A DNA stretch of 64,000 bases, the filler included, from Chlamydiia bacterium (GTDB taxonomy: Bacteria; Chlamydiota; Chlamydiia; Chlamydiales; FEN-1388): assembly GCA_903848235.1 (NCBI GenBank). It is 7 parts of 7 records of this genome, joined end to end, with 100 filler letters (N's around TTAATTAATTAA, not from the genome) between each part and the next. Parts side by side here need not be neighbours in the genome. Positions count along the whole stretch, not along the records: positions 12,397 to 34,554 come from CAINFV010000057.1; positions 34,655 to 50,668 come from CAINFV010000061.1; 5 more parts are not named here. The stretch is one strand, 5' to 3'. Below the pieces are notes generated by a model. That model saw only the letters and a program-made list of their open reading frames with translations, made no database searches and was not told the DNA's origin. Of this stretch, positions 28,292 to 38,271 are shown piece by piece; position 1 is the first letter of the stretch, and each line of letters opens with the position of its first letter. The position numbers were made by a program, and so were the translations under genes.

Positions 28292-31201
28292 TCATGTCGT
28301 AGATTCGTAGGTACGCCATAGATATTCAAGATCGCCAGGGACAAACGACAGCCTTGGAATCTCATAGCTGATCTCTTCTGATAACTCCTGGCATACCTTC
28401 TCAATTCCTGTGATCAAATGAGCTTCTCTTCTTTCTGTCAATCCCGAAGTGGCAATAATTCGTTTTGAAATCAGAATAAATTTCTGAAGCTTTGCAGAAA
28501 GCTGTACCTTGTCAAGCAGGTCAGGAGCGACGATATTCCATTGGCTGCTCGACAGGGCGTCGAGTTCATCGATAAGAGTTCCTACAAGGGGAAGGCTTTC
28601 CTTCGCCTCCATTATTCGAAACCTCTTGACGATCTGCCCTGTTGCCGTAATCAGAAGAAGAATTCTGGCGAAGTTTTTAGTGTGAATAGCGTTGTCTAGC
28701 ATTTTGCGATGGAATAAGAGAATAGAGAGCTTTTGAAATGCTGTGAACAGCTGTTCTTGGTCAAAACCGATTGCCTCAAGGGATTGCGAGAGCTGCGCTG
28801 TATCTTCCTGGAGAAAGTGAGCGATGGACGAAACATAAGGGTCAGCGCGCTGTGCTAAAAGATGTAGGTGGTTTGACAATGAGGAGATGATAGGAGGGAC
28901 TTTAAGAAGCGTTTGTGGGAGGAGGTTTGTGATGGCATACCCCGATTCCATCCGCGCTTTTTTGTCGAGCAGTCCAAGCTCTACCACCAGCTCTTCTTCA
29001 ATGCGTTGAATGGTGGATTCTATTTTCGAAATTTGGTTTTGCAGGCGTATGACAACAGGCTGGTCGAAAGACTCTACGAAGGGGAAGATAGAGAATACTT
29101 CGAGAAGAGAATCTATTCGCTCAGGTTCATAGGTCTTCACTGTCTGAATAGCTTTTGCAAAGAGCGTGACATCTCGCATCTGCTGCTCGATTTGGAGCAG
29201 ATGTTCGATAAGAGGCTCCAAGTCTACGTGCGGAATCAGCGAGAGCTGGGGAAGAAGAGCACCGATAAGTCCGGTCCCCTCATCGTGTAGCCAATGGTCG
29301 ACTGCCGCTGCGGCCTCTGCACCATGCTTTTCTTTTGTAGTATCGACAAACCGTTGGTACAGCGTCTGCCGCTTTCCACCCTGAATCTTTTCGATGGTGT
29401 CAAGCGTCCTTCCTATTGGTCTTATGAGGCGCGTTGCCCCCTCTTCGGTCGCATGGAGAAAAGCATAGTAGCGTGAATCTTTCCCACGAAGGAAGCGCTC
29501 GAGGTCCATCCACCAGTAGCGAAAGAGGATGTTGATAGATTCCGGGTCATAAGTGTCTTGGAACAGCTGATAGGGGGAGAGGAGCTTATAGAGGAAGCGG
29601 CAGACCCACTCACGGTCGATAACCGCTTTTTCGTTGAGATTGCCAGACAGCGATAGAAGGGACAGCGTTTGGTCTAGAAAGAGCAGTTGTGGAACTATCG
29701 CTGATCGAAGGTCTTTGAGCCGCAGCGACCGCGCTGTTAACTCCCCGCGTAGGAGTTTTACATCGACATCATAGATAGCACTGACGATGCCTTCAGAAAA
29801 GTCCGACAGCCCTGATTTCCCAAGAAGAAGCTTTTGGCAGTCTGTGTTTATTTTTTCAAGAAGCTCGTCTCTGACTCTGACGGTGGTACTTGCTAGATCT
29901 GGATAGGGAGTCTTTGTGCTTATTAACTCCCATCGTGCTGCGTAGAGCATCATTTTTAGGAATTCTGAGGTGCGTGTGAGCTCTCTGTTCTGGAGGATAA
30001 ACTCCCGAAACTGGCTCTCTATCCTCGCTGATGTTATCTCGAGGCGCTCTCTCTCTTTTCCAATTCTTTTTTCGATGACATCGCTGTTAGTCTCGTCGAA
30101 GATGGTTTCTGGAATCTGTATAATGGCCAGTTGGCTGAGAAGAATTTTTGTCTGCTCTGCGAGGTCCTTTTTTTGTATAAAAGGCTCTATCAAGCCTTTG
30201 AGGCGCTGTGTCTCTTTTCGAATTTCAGTGATGATTTTTGTTCTGGTATCTGCTTTTTTGATAAGGGGTGTGTAGCATTCTTCACATTCTGCCAGACGAT
30301 TGTTGATGAGCGTTGTAACCTTCCCTATATCTGGCTCCTGAAAGCATTGCATCAGAAATGAATCGTCAAGTGGGATCGGGGGGATGGCAGCTGCCGCGTC
30401 AATGAGATCATGGAAGATAAAAAAACGTGGGGAGCTGAGGGTGATAATACTGTTTTGCCGCTTGAGTTGAGCCGCCCTAACGGCTTTTTCAAGGAGGCTG
30501 ATAACTTTGCGTTCATGATCTTTGTGAGAGAGGGCCTCATCAACGGAAAGTGACGAGGCAGCAATGTACTCTTCGATCTTCTCTTGTATGGCCTTATCGA
30601 GCGTCGATGTATCTGAGAACAGAGGAGGAGGTTGTTCGGGGGCGAGTGGCTCTTCAGGCTTCGGTGGAGGCGTCGGACTTACAGGAGGCAGAGGTTCGAC
30701 GGCCACCTGTTTCTTTGGAGCTGAAAGCTCTTTTGCAGTGGCAAGGCTCCACTCGATGATCGATTTGCGCGTCTTCTCTTCTTTGTGAAGGGTCTCTTCT
30801 ACTTTGCTCAGCCTCCGGCGGGCAAGTTTTTCATCTAGCAGAAAGCGTGTCGCAGTTGTCTTCGGGAGGAGGGCGGAGACAAAAGAATTAAATTCCTGTA
30901 GCGCTGCCAGTGGTGCGTTTTCGAACACCTTCCCCTTTCTTGCTATAAACTGCTCAAGGGGAAACTCATAGAGGAAAACCCTCCCTGAGGGAAACCCTAT
31001 GCCAACGAAAAAGCCACACAGATAGCGCCATAGGGACCCCGGCCACATCGAAAGATCTGGATCTACGATGTGAAGGATGGTCTTGACGGTTTGTTTTCGA
31101 TAATCTCTGGCTTTGACGGCCCCTTGGATCTCATCAATGAATGGCTTCCAAGAATTAGTCCTTTCCAGAAGACTTTTATTTTCCATAGCTGTTGGCCACA
31201 T
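28292..31201 (-). CDS. large hypothetical helical protein
   Basis: 969-aa ORF with a Pro-rich linker (PLPPVSPTPPPKPEEP); 9 bp upstream of sdhC. Confidence 0.8.
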   Translation of the reverse strand: MWPTAMENKSLLERTNSWKPFIDEIQGAVKARDYRKQTVKTILHIVDPDLSMWPGSLWRYLCGFFVGIGFPSGRVFLYEFPLEQFIARKGKVFENAPLAALQEFNSFVSALLPKTTATRFLLDEKLARRRLSKVEETLHKEEKTRKSIIEWSLATAKELSAPKKQVAVEPLPPVSPTPPPKPEEPLAPEQPPPLFSDTSTLDKAIQEKIEEYIAASSLSVDEALSHKDHERKVISLLEKAVRAAQLKRQNSIITLSSPRFFIFHDLIDAAAAIPPIPLDDSFLMQCFQEPDIGKVTTLINNRLAECEECYTPLIKKADTRTKIITEIRKETQRLKGLIEPFIQKKDLAEQTKILLSQLAIIQIPETIFDETNSDVIEKRIGKERERLEITSARIESQFREFILQNRELTRTSEFLKMMLYAARWELISTKTPYPDLASTTVRVRDELLEKINTDCQKLLLGKSGLSDFSEGIVSAIYDVDVKLLRGELTARSLRLKDLRSAIVPQLLFLDQTLSLLSLSGNLNEKAVIDREWVCRFLYKLLSPYQLFQDTYDPESINILFRYWWMDLERFLRGKDSRYYAFLHATEEGATRLIRPIGRTLDTIEKIQGGKRQTLYQRFVDTTKEKHGAEAAAAVDHWLHDEGTGLIGALLPQLSLIPHVDLEPLIEHLLQIEQQMRDVTLFAKAIQTVKTYEPERIDSLLEVFSIFPFVESFDQPVVIRLQNQISKIESTIQRIEEELVVELGLLDKKARMESGYAITNLLPQTLLKVPPIISSLSNHLHLLAQRADPYVSSIAHFLQEDTAQLSQSLEAIGFDQEQLFTAFQKLSILLFHRKMLDNAIHTKNFARILLLITATGQIVKRFRIMEAKESLPLVGTLIDELDALSSSQWNIVAPDLLDKVQLSAKLQKFILISKRIIATSGLTERREAHLITGIEKVCQELSEEISYEIPRLSFVPGDLEYLWRTYESTT

Positions 31202-31297
31202 AAGAGCGATACGATCAAAAAAACTCCTTGAATCTCTACTATTGATGAGAGGAGAAATTTATTGGTAGAGGCTTTTTCTGAAGCGTCAATTCGATTC

Positions 31298-32095
31298 TTA
31301 AACAAGAGGCGGTGTAAATAAAGCCTTTGCGTTTGCGTATGAATTCCGGGCAACTTCTTCATAGCTGCATTTTTTCAGGGCGGCGATGACTTCAACAGTA
31401 TATCGAAGATATGCCGGCTCGTTGCGTTGCCCTCGTTTTTGTTGAGGAGCAAGATATGGAGCATCAGTCTCGACGAGCAAGCGGTCAATCGGAAGAAAAT
31501 GGGCGACATCTCTGAGAGACTCAGATTTTGGAAAGGTGACAATGCCGCTTAAAGAGATATACCAGCCGAGCTCTAAGAGAGCTCGTGCATGATCCTTGGT
31601 TCCTGTAAAACAATGAAGTACGCCGCGCACCCCATCACCTAGGTTGCGAAGAATGCCCAGCAATGTGGGGAAGGCATCACGGCAGTGTACAATGAGGGGA
31701 AGCTGTGTCTCTTTTGCCAGGAGGGCATACTTGAGGAATACCGCCTCTTGGATAGCAGCGCTTTCAGGGTTATGGAAGAATTCAAGTCCTGTCTCGCCGA
31801 TTGCTGACAGCCGCCCTTCAACTGCTGCATCTCTGACAGTAGAAAAGAAGGGGTCTTCGGACCCTGAAACATCATGTGGTGTTGTCGCTGCAGCACAGTA
31901 GATGCAAATCCCCTGAGCATCCTGCTGGAGCTTCCACCCTGCGTTGAGTGATGGAAGGTCGGTTGCGACATTCATGATCGACGTGATGCCAGCGGAGCGC
32001 GCGCGGTCTAGCACCTTTGTCCTCTCTTCGTCATTGAATTGCTCGGAGGTCAGGTGAGCGTGTGAGTCGAAGACTGCTGCCTGAGGATTTATCAT
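31298..32095 (-). CDS. tatD: TatD family deoxyribonuclease
   Basis: DSHAHL, AIGETGL, VHCRDA, GVLHCF, ETDAPYLAP and RNEP. Confidence 0.96.
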   Translation of the reverse strand: MINPQAAVFDSHAHLTSEQFNDEERTKVLDRARSAGITSIMNVATDLPSLNAGWKLQQDAQGICIYCAAATTPHDVSGSEDPFFSTVRDAAVEGRLSAIGETGLEFFHNPESAAIQEAVFLKYALLAKETQLPLIVHCRDAFPTLLGILRNLGDGVRGVLHCFTGTKDHARALLELGWYISLSGIVTFPKSESLRDVAHFLPIDRLLVETDAPYLAPQQKRGQRNEPAYLRYTVEVIAALKKCSYEEVARNSYANAKALFTPPLV

Positions 32096-34335
32096 GAAGA
32101 AGCATCCTCTACGGCCTTAGCGATGATCTCCGGCGTGACAATTTCAGAGAGGAGCACAGGCTCTCTTTCATGCCTGAACAATCCATACACGGGAACCCCG
32201 TTTCTCCCAAGGGATCTGAGCATAGCGGTGATAGCAGGGTCGCCATTGGTCCAGTCAGCTTCTAACGCCACGATCTGATATTTTTGAAATGCCTCTACGA
32301 CGGAAGGGGTTAAAAACGACAGCTTATTGGTCTGACATGTCAGACACCATTTGGCAGAAAACTCGACGAACACCGTATGGCCGAGGGAGAGCTCTCCATT
32401 GAGGCGCTCCTTTGAAAACGGCTCCCAATGAATTGTTTGTGGTTGAGGGATGGCTTTGTGAACCCACGGCATGATGCGAGGGTCGACGGAGGCGACGAGG
32501 ATGAAAATACCAGCTATGAGGAAGAGAAGAGAGAACACTCTGCCTAGGAATCGGCAGAAGAAGGGTTTAACAGGGCTTCCCCAGTGGCCAAAGATCCACA
32601 GCCCAATGGACAGCAAGAGCAGGCTAGAAGCGACGGCGGTCAGCGAAAGAGATGGCACTTGGGCGGTTAATACCCAGAGCAGCCACGCTATTGTCGTCAG
32701 AAGGCAAAAACCAAAGAACTGTTTTAGCGTTACCATCCACGGGCCAGGGCGCGGCAGCAGACGGATGAGAATAGGAAATGCCGTGATCACCAGGAAGGGA
32801 AAAGCCATGCCGAAGCCAATGACAGAGAATAGAATCATCCCATCGATAGGCTCGAAGGTACTTGCAAATCCTAAGACAGATCCTAGAAGGGGGCCTGTGC
32901 ATGGGGTAGCGACTAACGTGGCAAGAACACCACTGGAAAACGAGGCGAAAAATGAAGTAGTATCCCGATTTAAGGATTTTCCTACCTCGCCTTCTATTCC
33001 GGATGCCCATGAGGAGACGGACGTCCCTATTTCAAACACTCCGAAGAGGTTTAAGGAGAAGCAGAACAAGAGGATCGTTAGCAGTGTGACAAAGAGCGGG
33101 TTTTGCAGTTGAAATCCCCAGCCGATCTGTGTTCCTAGATATTCAAATAGGTATAAGCCGCCGGCAAGAATCCAAAATGTGGTTAGCACGCCAAAGGTAA
33201 AGAGCAGCCCGTGGGTGAACGTGCGAAGTCCTGGCAACATGCGGAAAGAAATAAGGTTGAGGATTTTGAGCCCTACAACAGGCAGCACACAGGGGGTGAA
33301 GTTTAAGAGGATACCGCCAAGAAAGGCCATCAGGATGATGATTTGCATGCCGCTGTTTGCATGCAAGGAGGTAAGCTCTTGTGCTACATCTGCCGGTTTC
33401 CATTGCGATTCTTGGCTTAAGGTAGGCCCCGGCCGTACAAAGGCAGCACTAGCATCCGATGTAAAAGGAATATGCAGCTCATAGCTGTTGACAATCTCTT
33501 TGTTGGTAGCAATAAGCTGTAGGATACCTACAAACTGTTTTTCTTTTATCAACTTGTCTTTAGCAGTTGGCAGAGAGTGTATAGAAAGCTCTAGTGTATT
33601 TCCCTCAATGGTCCAGACTGGAAGCTGGTCGACGGCGAAAACCCCTTCTGTCTCTGGGAAGAGGACGATGTTCTTTACCTGTTGTGTCATCTCCTTCGGA
33701 ACAGGAATCTGAATGATTAGGTGGTCCTTGTCGATCGTCGCACCTCCTGTCTGCACAACGGTGGGGAGCCTGTTCTGTGCTTCGATGAGTGCGGGAAGTG
33801 TTGGAGGTGTTGGGGCAGAAGAGGAGACGGTGAATGAGAATTCATACTGCTGAGAGGAAGGGACGCAGCTGCCATCGCAGGCAAGCCAAAAGGCAGACAG
33901 AGTGATCGGATAGACGCCCTCTGCCATGTGCTCGTCAAATGTCATCGTCACGATCCACTGCGGGGTGTTTTCATACCCATAGAAGAATGACCCTGACCGC
34001 TCTAGAAGTTGAGGGGTAGGCCATGCCACTTCTTTTATCTGTATCCCCGGAGGAAGCTGCCAGTCGAAGGTCGGGCCAACGCCAACATTGCCAGGATTTT
34101 TCCAGTATAAATGCCATCCTGAATCTAGATAAAACTGAATCAGCCCTTGCACCTCGCTTCCGGGGCGGATGAGTTGTGTTGGGAAAATAAGGGCGAAATT
34201 CGCTGTTTGCGTGTTTATTCTAGTAGAGGAGGCGTCGCTGGCAGAAAGAGTAGGGGAAAAGCAACAGGAGCAGAGCAGGAGAATGGACGATATCAACCAC
34301 TGAAGTCTATGAGGGACGAGGCGCGGGCCTTTCAT
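32092..34335 (-). CDS. dsbD: thiol:disulfide interchange protein DsbD family
   Basis: Signal peptide; GWHLYWKNPG and ACDGSC; TM domain with LNFTPCVLPV and ATPCTGP; thioredoxin WCLTC. Confidence 0.93.
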   Translation of the reverse strand: MKGPRLVPHRLQWLISSILLLCSCCFSPTLSASDASSTRINTQTANFALIFPTQLIRPGSEVQGLIQFYLDSGWHLYWKNPGNVGVGPTFDWQLPPGIQIKEVAWPTPQLLERSGSFFYGYENTPQWIVTMTFDEHMAEGVYPITLSAFWLACDGSCVPSSQQYEFSFTVSSSAPTPPTLPALIEAQNRLPTVVQTGGATIDKDHLIIQIPVPKEMTQQVKNIVLFPETEGVFAVDQLPVWTIEGNTLELSIHSLPTAKDKLIKEKQFVGILQLIATNKEIVNSYELHIPFTSDASAAFVRPGPTLSQESQWKPADVAQELTSLHANSGMQIIILMAFLGGILLNFTPCVLPVVGLKILNLISFRMLPGLRTFTHGLLFTFGVLTTFWILAGGLYLFEYLGTQIGWGFQLQNPLFVTLLTILLFCFSLNLFGVFEIGTSVSSWASGIEGEVGKSLNRDTTSFFASFSSGVLATLVATPCTGPLLGSVLGFASTFEPIDGMILFSVIGFGMAFPFLVITAFPILIRLLPRPGPWMVTLKQFFGFCLLTTIAWLLWVLTAQVPSLSLTAVASSLLLLSIGLWIFGHWGSPVKPFFCRFLGRVFSLLFLIAGIFILVASVDPRIMPWVHKAIPQPQTIHWEPFSKERLNGELSLGHTVFVEFSAKWCLTCQTNKLSFLTPSVVEAFQKYQIVALEADWTNGDPAITAMLRSLGRNGVPVYGLFRHEREPVLLSEIVTPEIIAKAVEDASS

Positions 34336-34399
34336 ACAGCACTCCTTACAAAAGTTGGGGGAACTGCAAACACACGGCGCATAGCTATTCGTGAGGATC

Positions 34400-34554
34400 T
34401 ATACCACTTCCAATTGAAAGTTGGAGTTTTTTGCCGCGTTAAAGCCTCGATCTTTGATCCATCAAAAAACATCCAATAGTACACTATGGGGTGTTTTTTG
34501 ATGGTCAAATCTCGAGCCTTTTCCGCGACAAAAACCCTCAACTTTCAATTGTCA
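34400..34554. repeat. palindromic MITE/ERIC-like element family A, copy 2 (runs into contig end)
   Basis: TATACCACTTCCAATTGAAAGTTG...CAACTTTCAATTG; full-length imperfect hairpin with the same TIR as 19849-20010. Confidence 0.85.
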
Positions 34555-34654
34555 NNNNNNNNNNNNNNNNNNNNNNNNNNNNNNNNNNNNNNNNNNNNTT
34601 AATTAATTAANNNNNNNNNNNNNNNNNNNNNNNNNNNNNNNNNNNNNNNNNNNN
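34555..34654. other. artificial contig spacer
   Basis: N-run with TTAATTAATTAA. Confidence 0.97.
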
Positions 34655-34992
34655 CCGTGCCAGAGGTAGCGCCTATCGCTATTGATGACTTCCGTCGTGT
34701 GACAATGGAAGTCGTGGAGATTGTGAAGGCAGAGCTGGTGCCTAACAGCCAGAAGCTCTTGCTGCTTCATGTCCTCACACGTCAAGGGCCTCTGCAGATC
34801 GTCTCTGGCATTGCCCAAGCATTTCGACCAGAAGAGCTGATCGGAAAGCGTGTGGTAGCCTGCACCAACCTCAAGCCGTGCCGCATCAAGGGAGTCGAGA
34901 GCCAGGGGATGATTCTGACAGCAGAAGGGCCGAACAAAGCTCTCACACTATTGGAAGTGGCCTCTGGGGAAGTAGGGTCGTTGATTTCCTGA
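34655..34992 (+). CDS. metG: methionyl-tRNA synthetase C-terminal tRNA-binding (Trbp111-like) domain, 5'-partial
   Basis: IDDF, KLL, QIVSGIA and NLKPCRIKGVESQGMIL; frame open at the contig edge. Confidence 0.8.
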
Positions 34993-35085
34993 TATTCGCA
35001 CTTGGAAATTTTAACAAGCGACTAGCTTTTCAAGCTGTAGCGGCTCATTTCCTCGCTTAAAAATCTTAGATAGTGTTACCATGAA

Positions 35086-35100
35086 ACTAGTCAGACTAGT
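35086..35100. promoter_or_regulatory. palindromic operator of the TA operon
   Basis: ACTAGTC-A-GACTAGT perfect palindrome between a -10-like TAGTGT and the AGGAGG SD. Confidence 0.55.
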
Positions 35101-35119
35101 CAGGAGGATCGGCATAGAT

Positions 35120-35389
35120 ATGTCTTCATCAGATAGAGGCCAAACATATTGGCAAACGCAAAAAGCAAAGGCTGAATTTTCGCAACTGTTGAGAGATTCT
35201 CAAAAAAAGGGCGATCAAATCATTACCTACCATAATCAACCTGTTGCAGTACTAATTTCTAAAAAACGCTACGATCAGCTTACGAGACAAGAAAGTTCAT
35301 TGTTGGAATTTTTTCAGAAAGCACCTTTACCAGATTTGAATATCGAAATTAAAAGAAGTAAAGATTTGCCTAGGGATGTTGCCATATGA
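35120..35389 (+). CDS. Phd/YefM family antitoxin
   Basis: WQTQKAKAEFSQLL...QIITYHNQPVAVLIS; ATGA overlap with the PIN toxin. Confidence 0.92.
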   Translation: MSSSDRGQTYWQTQKAKAEFSQLLRDSQKKGDQIITYHNQPVAVLISKKRYDQLTRQESSLLEFFQKAPLPDLNIEIKRSKDLPRDVAI

Positions 35390-35811
35390 CATACCTCCTT
35401 GATACATGCATACTATCAAAATTACGCAAGATTTCAAAAAGCAAGGACCAAATCCTTCAGGAATGGGTCGTGAAGCATGTTGAAGAACAATATTTTTTAA
35501 GCGTTTTGACTATTGGAGAAATTCAGCAAGGAATTAGTAAGTTAAAGGACGATAAACAAAAGCGTATTCTGGAGGACTGGCTCAATGAAGTTCTCTTCCG
35601 GTTTGAAAGCAGAATATTACCTATTGATTCCAGAGTCGCTGCGAAATGGGGGGATTTGTCCGGTGCCTCCTTAAAAAGGGGTTTACCACAACCCGTTATA
35701 GACTGTCTCATAGCCTCCACTGCCATCGTACATGATCTTACTTTAGTAACTGAAAACATCAAAGATTTTGCGCAGAATGACGAACTTAAAATTTTCAATC
35801 CATGGGAATAG
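35386..35811 (+). CDS. vapC: VapC (PIN domain) toxin
   Basis: YLLDTCILS, SVLTIGEI, DCLIASTA and LVTENIKDF. Confidence 0.95.
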   Translation: MTYLLDTCILSKLRKISKSKDQILQEWVVKHVEEQYFLSVLTIGEIQQGISKLKDDKQKRILEDWLNEVLFRFESRILPIDSRVAAKWGDLSGASLKRGLPQPVIDCLIASTAIVHDLTLVTENIKDFAQNDELKIFNPWE

Positions 35812-35974
35812 TTTTCTAACATAGGTAAAAACGAGGCAAGGGCCACCTCTAGGGCGGGGTCGTTCGAAGGGGCACTGGCCTGGCGATAAAATGTGCAGCC
35901 CGAAAAAGCATACGTATGTGATCCTACCAAAATTCACCCGACCAGCAAGGCGATCAATGGAATCCGTAGCACCA

Positions 35975-38143
35975 TCATACGGATGATCGCCCATGGATGG
36001 AACGCATGGCGGTTTGTAGATTCGTCCATCGTAGATCGGCGTTTTCTTGATGCACGGCGATGGCAATCGCCTTTGTGCTTCCACAGAGGATGACAAGTTT
36101 TTTTCCGCGTGTGACAGCTGTATAGAGGAGTTTGCGATTCAGTAATTTAAAATGCTGAGTGTGGATAGGAATGACGACGCAGGGGCATTCACTCCCTTGA
36201 TACTTGTGAACGGAGACAGCCCAGGCGAGTGAGAGCTCATCGAGATCTGCGCCATCATAGATAACATGGCTGTCGTCGAACTCCACACAGACAGTCCCTG
36301 TTTCAGCATTGACCTCGCGCACGAAGCCGATGTCTCCATTGTAGACGTCTTTTTGGTAGTTGTTCCTCAGCTGTATCACCTTATCATTGAGCAGCAATGA
36401 CCCTATTTTCCCAGTGCCTTGCGAGAAAAACGTCTGTAGATCCATGTTGATCTGCTCAATGCCGCATTCTCCGCGTCGCATCGGGGCGAGCACCTGGATC
36501 TCTTTTCGTGGGTCGAAGCCGAACTTCTCTGGAATGCGCTTTGTGACGAGGTCGAGGAGGCAGGTGCGGATATCGCGAGGTTCTGTAGCAGAAAAAAAGA
36601 AAAAATCACCACGGTCATTCTTCAAAAATGGCATCTCTCCACGGTTTATGCGATGCGCATTTTCAATGATCTTTGAGTGCCGTGCTTGGCGAAAGATCTC
36701 CGTAAGACGCACGGTCGGTATCGCAGTGCTTTCGATAAGGTCTTTTAACACAGAGCCAGGGCCTATGCTCGGCAGCTGATCGACATCGCCGACAAGCAGC
36801 ACACGAGCATGGCTAGGCACAGCCTCGAAGAGACAGTGTGCTAGGTGAGTGTCTACCATGCTCACCTCATCGACGATGAGCAGGTCGCAGAGAATGGGGT
36901 TGGAAGCATTATGGTCGAAGGCGCCGCTGCTGGGATTAAACTTCAGGAGGCGATGGATGGTCTGGCTATAGTGTCCTGCCATCTCCTGAAGGCGTTTTGC
37001 AGCACGTCCTGTAGGGGCTACGGTGACGATATGCTTTGTCAATTTCGAAAGTATCGTGACGATAGCTCGCGTGATGGTGCTCTTTCCTGTCCCTGGCCCA
37101 CCAGTGAGAATGGTAACCTTGTTCTTCAGGGCGGCAGCAATAGCCTCTTTTTGTTTCTCGGCAAACTGAATATGCAGCGTCTCCCCAGCCCAGACTATAG
37201 CTTTTTCAATATCAACGTCACGCAAGTGGCAGGCATTTTTCAGAAGGCGATGGAGGTTTAAGGCGATGGAGCGCTCACATGAAAAAAGCTTTTTGAGGGC
37301 GAGATGGAGCACTGCCTCGACAGTAGGGGAGAAGAGTACGAGGTCTCCTCTTTTAAACCCTTCTGTGATTCGTTGCTGTATCAGAGATGAAGGAATGGCA
37401 AGCCTCTCTTCGGCTTTTATAAGAAACTGCTCTACAGGAACGCAGGTATGCCCCTCGACGGACATCTCCCAGAGGAAGTATTCAATGGCGGCATCCACAC
37501 GAACATCGGACTGAGGATCTATGCCAAGACGCTCTGCAATGGCATCGGCGACACGAAAGCCAATGCCATGGATTTCTTTTGCCAGCTGATATGGGTTTTT
37601 TTTGATGACCTGGATGGCGTTGCTTCCCCATTTCTTGAGGATTTTCAGGGCCATCGATTGAGAAATACCCCAGTCACAGAGAATGACAAACAGCTCTTGT
37701 TGTTCGGTGCGAGACTTCCAGCATTCGATGATCTCGTCGGCGCGCCGTTTCCCAAGACCTTGGATTTCGTACAGACGCTCCGGCTCTTGGTCTAGGATAG
37801 AAAATGTCTGTTTTCCAAAGCGTTGTACAATACGTTCTGCAAAGACAGGGCCTATCCCTTTTAAAAAGCCAGAGGCTATAAGACGTTGGATTGATGAGGG
37901 GTCGGTCGGCAGTTCGTAGGATACTTTTTGAACTGAGAATTGCTTCCCGTGTTTTGGATCTATCATCCAACTGCCAGTACATCGGACCTGTTGACCGACT
38001 TGGATCATAGGCATATACCCGACGATCGCTACTTCGCGGCTAGCCTTCGGAGTGAGGAGCTTTGCTACGGTAAACGCTGAGGTAGGGTCTTGATATGTCA
38101 GCCGCAATACTTCCCCGGTGATTGTCTCTTCATCGGTGCCCAT
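35975..38143 (-). CDS. recD2: ATP-dependent RecD-like DNA helicase
   Basis: HGKQF, KGIGP, NPYQL, TGGPGTGKS, APTGRAA, DEVSM, GDVDQLPS and HKYQGSE; start MGTDEE after an AAGGAAG SD. Confidence 0.95.
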   Translation of the reverse strand: MGTDEETITGEVLRLTYQDPTSAFTVAKLLTPKASREVAIVGYMPMIQVGQQVRCTGSWMIDPKHGKQFSVQKVSYELPTDPSSIQRLIASGFLKGIGPVFAERIVQRFGKQTFSILDQEPERLYEIQGLGKRRADEIIECWKSRTEQQELFVILCDWGISQSMALKILKKWGSNAIQVIKKNPYQLAKEIHGIGFRVADAIAERLGIDPQSDVRVDAAIEYFLWEMSVEGHTCVPVEQFLIKAEERLAIPSSLIQQRITEGFKRGDLVLFSPTVEAVLHLALKKLFSCERSIALNLHRLLKNACHLRDVDIEKAIVWAGETLHIQFAEKQKEAIAAALKNKVTILTGGPGTGKSTITRAIVTILSKLTKHIVTVAPTGRAAKRLQEMAGHYSQTIHRLLKFNPSSGAFDHNASNPILCDLLIVDEVSMVDTHLAHCLFEAVPSHARVLLVGDVDQLPSIGPGSVLKDLIESTAIPTVRLTEIFRQARHSKIIENAHRINRGEMPFLKNDRGDFFFFSATEPRDIRTCLLDLVTKRIPEKFGFDPRKEIQVLAPMRRGECGIEQINMDLQTFFSQGTGKIGSLLLNDKVIQLRNNYQKDVYNGDIGFVREVNAETGTVCVEFDDSHVIYDGADLDELSLAWAVSVHKYQGSECPCVVIPIHTQHFKLLNRKLLYTAVTRGKKLVILCGSTKAIAIAVHQENADLRWTNLQTAMRSIHGRSSV

Positions 38144-38271
38144 AGCATCTTCCTTATTAGCCATCAGAAAAAAGAGTCTAGCAGGATTGCAAATCAGAGA
38201 ACAGAAATTCATATGTGATATACTCTGGACTTTGTCCTCTAGGCTGCGAGTTTTACACAAAAAAAGGACCT

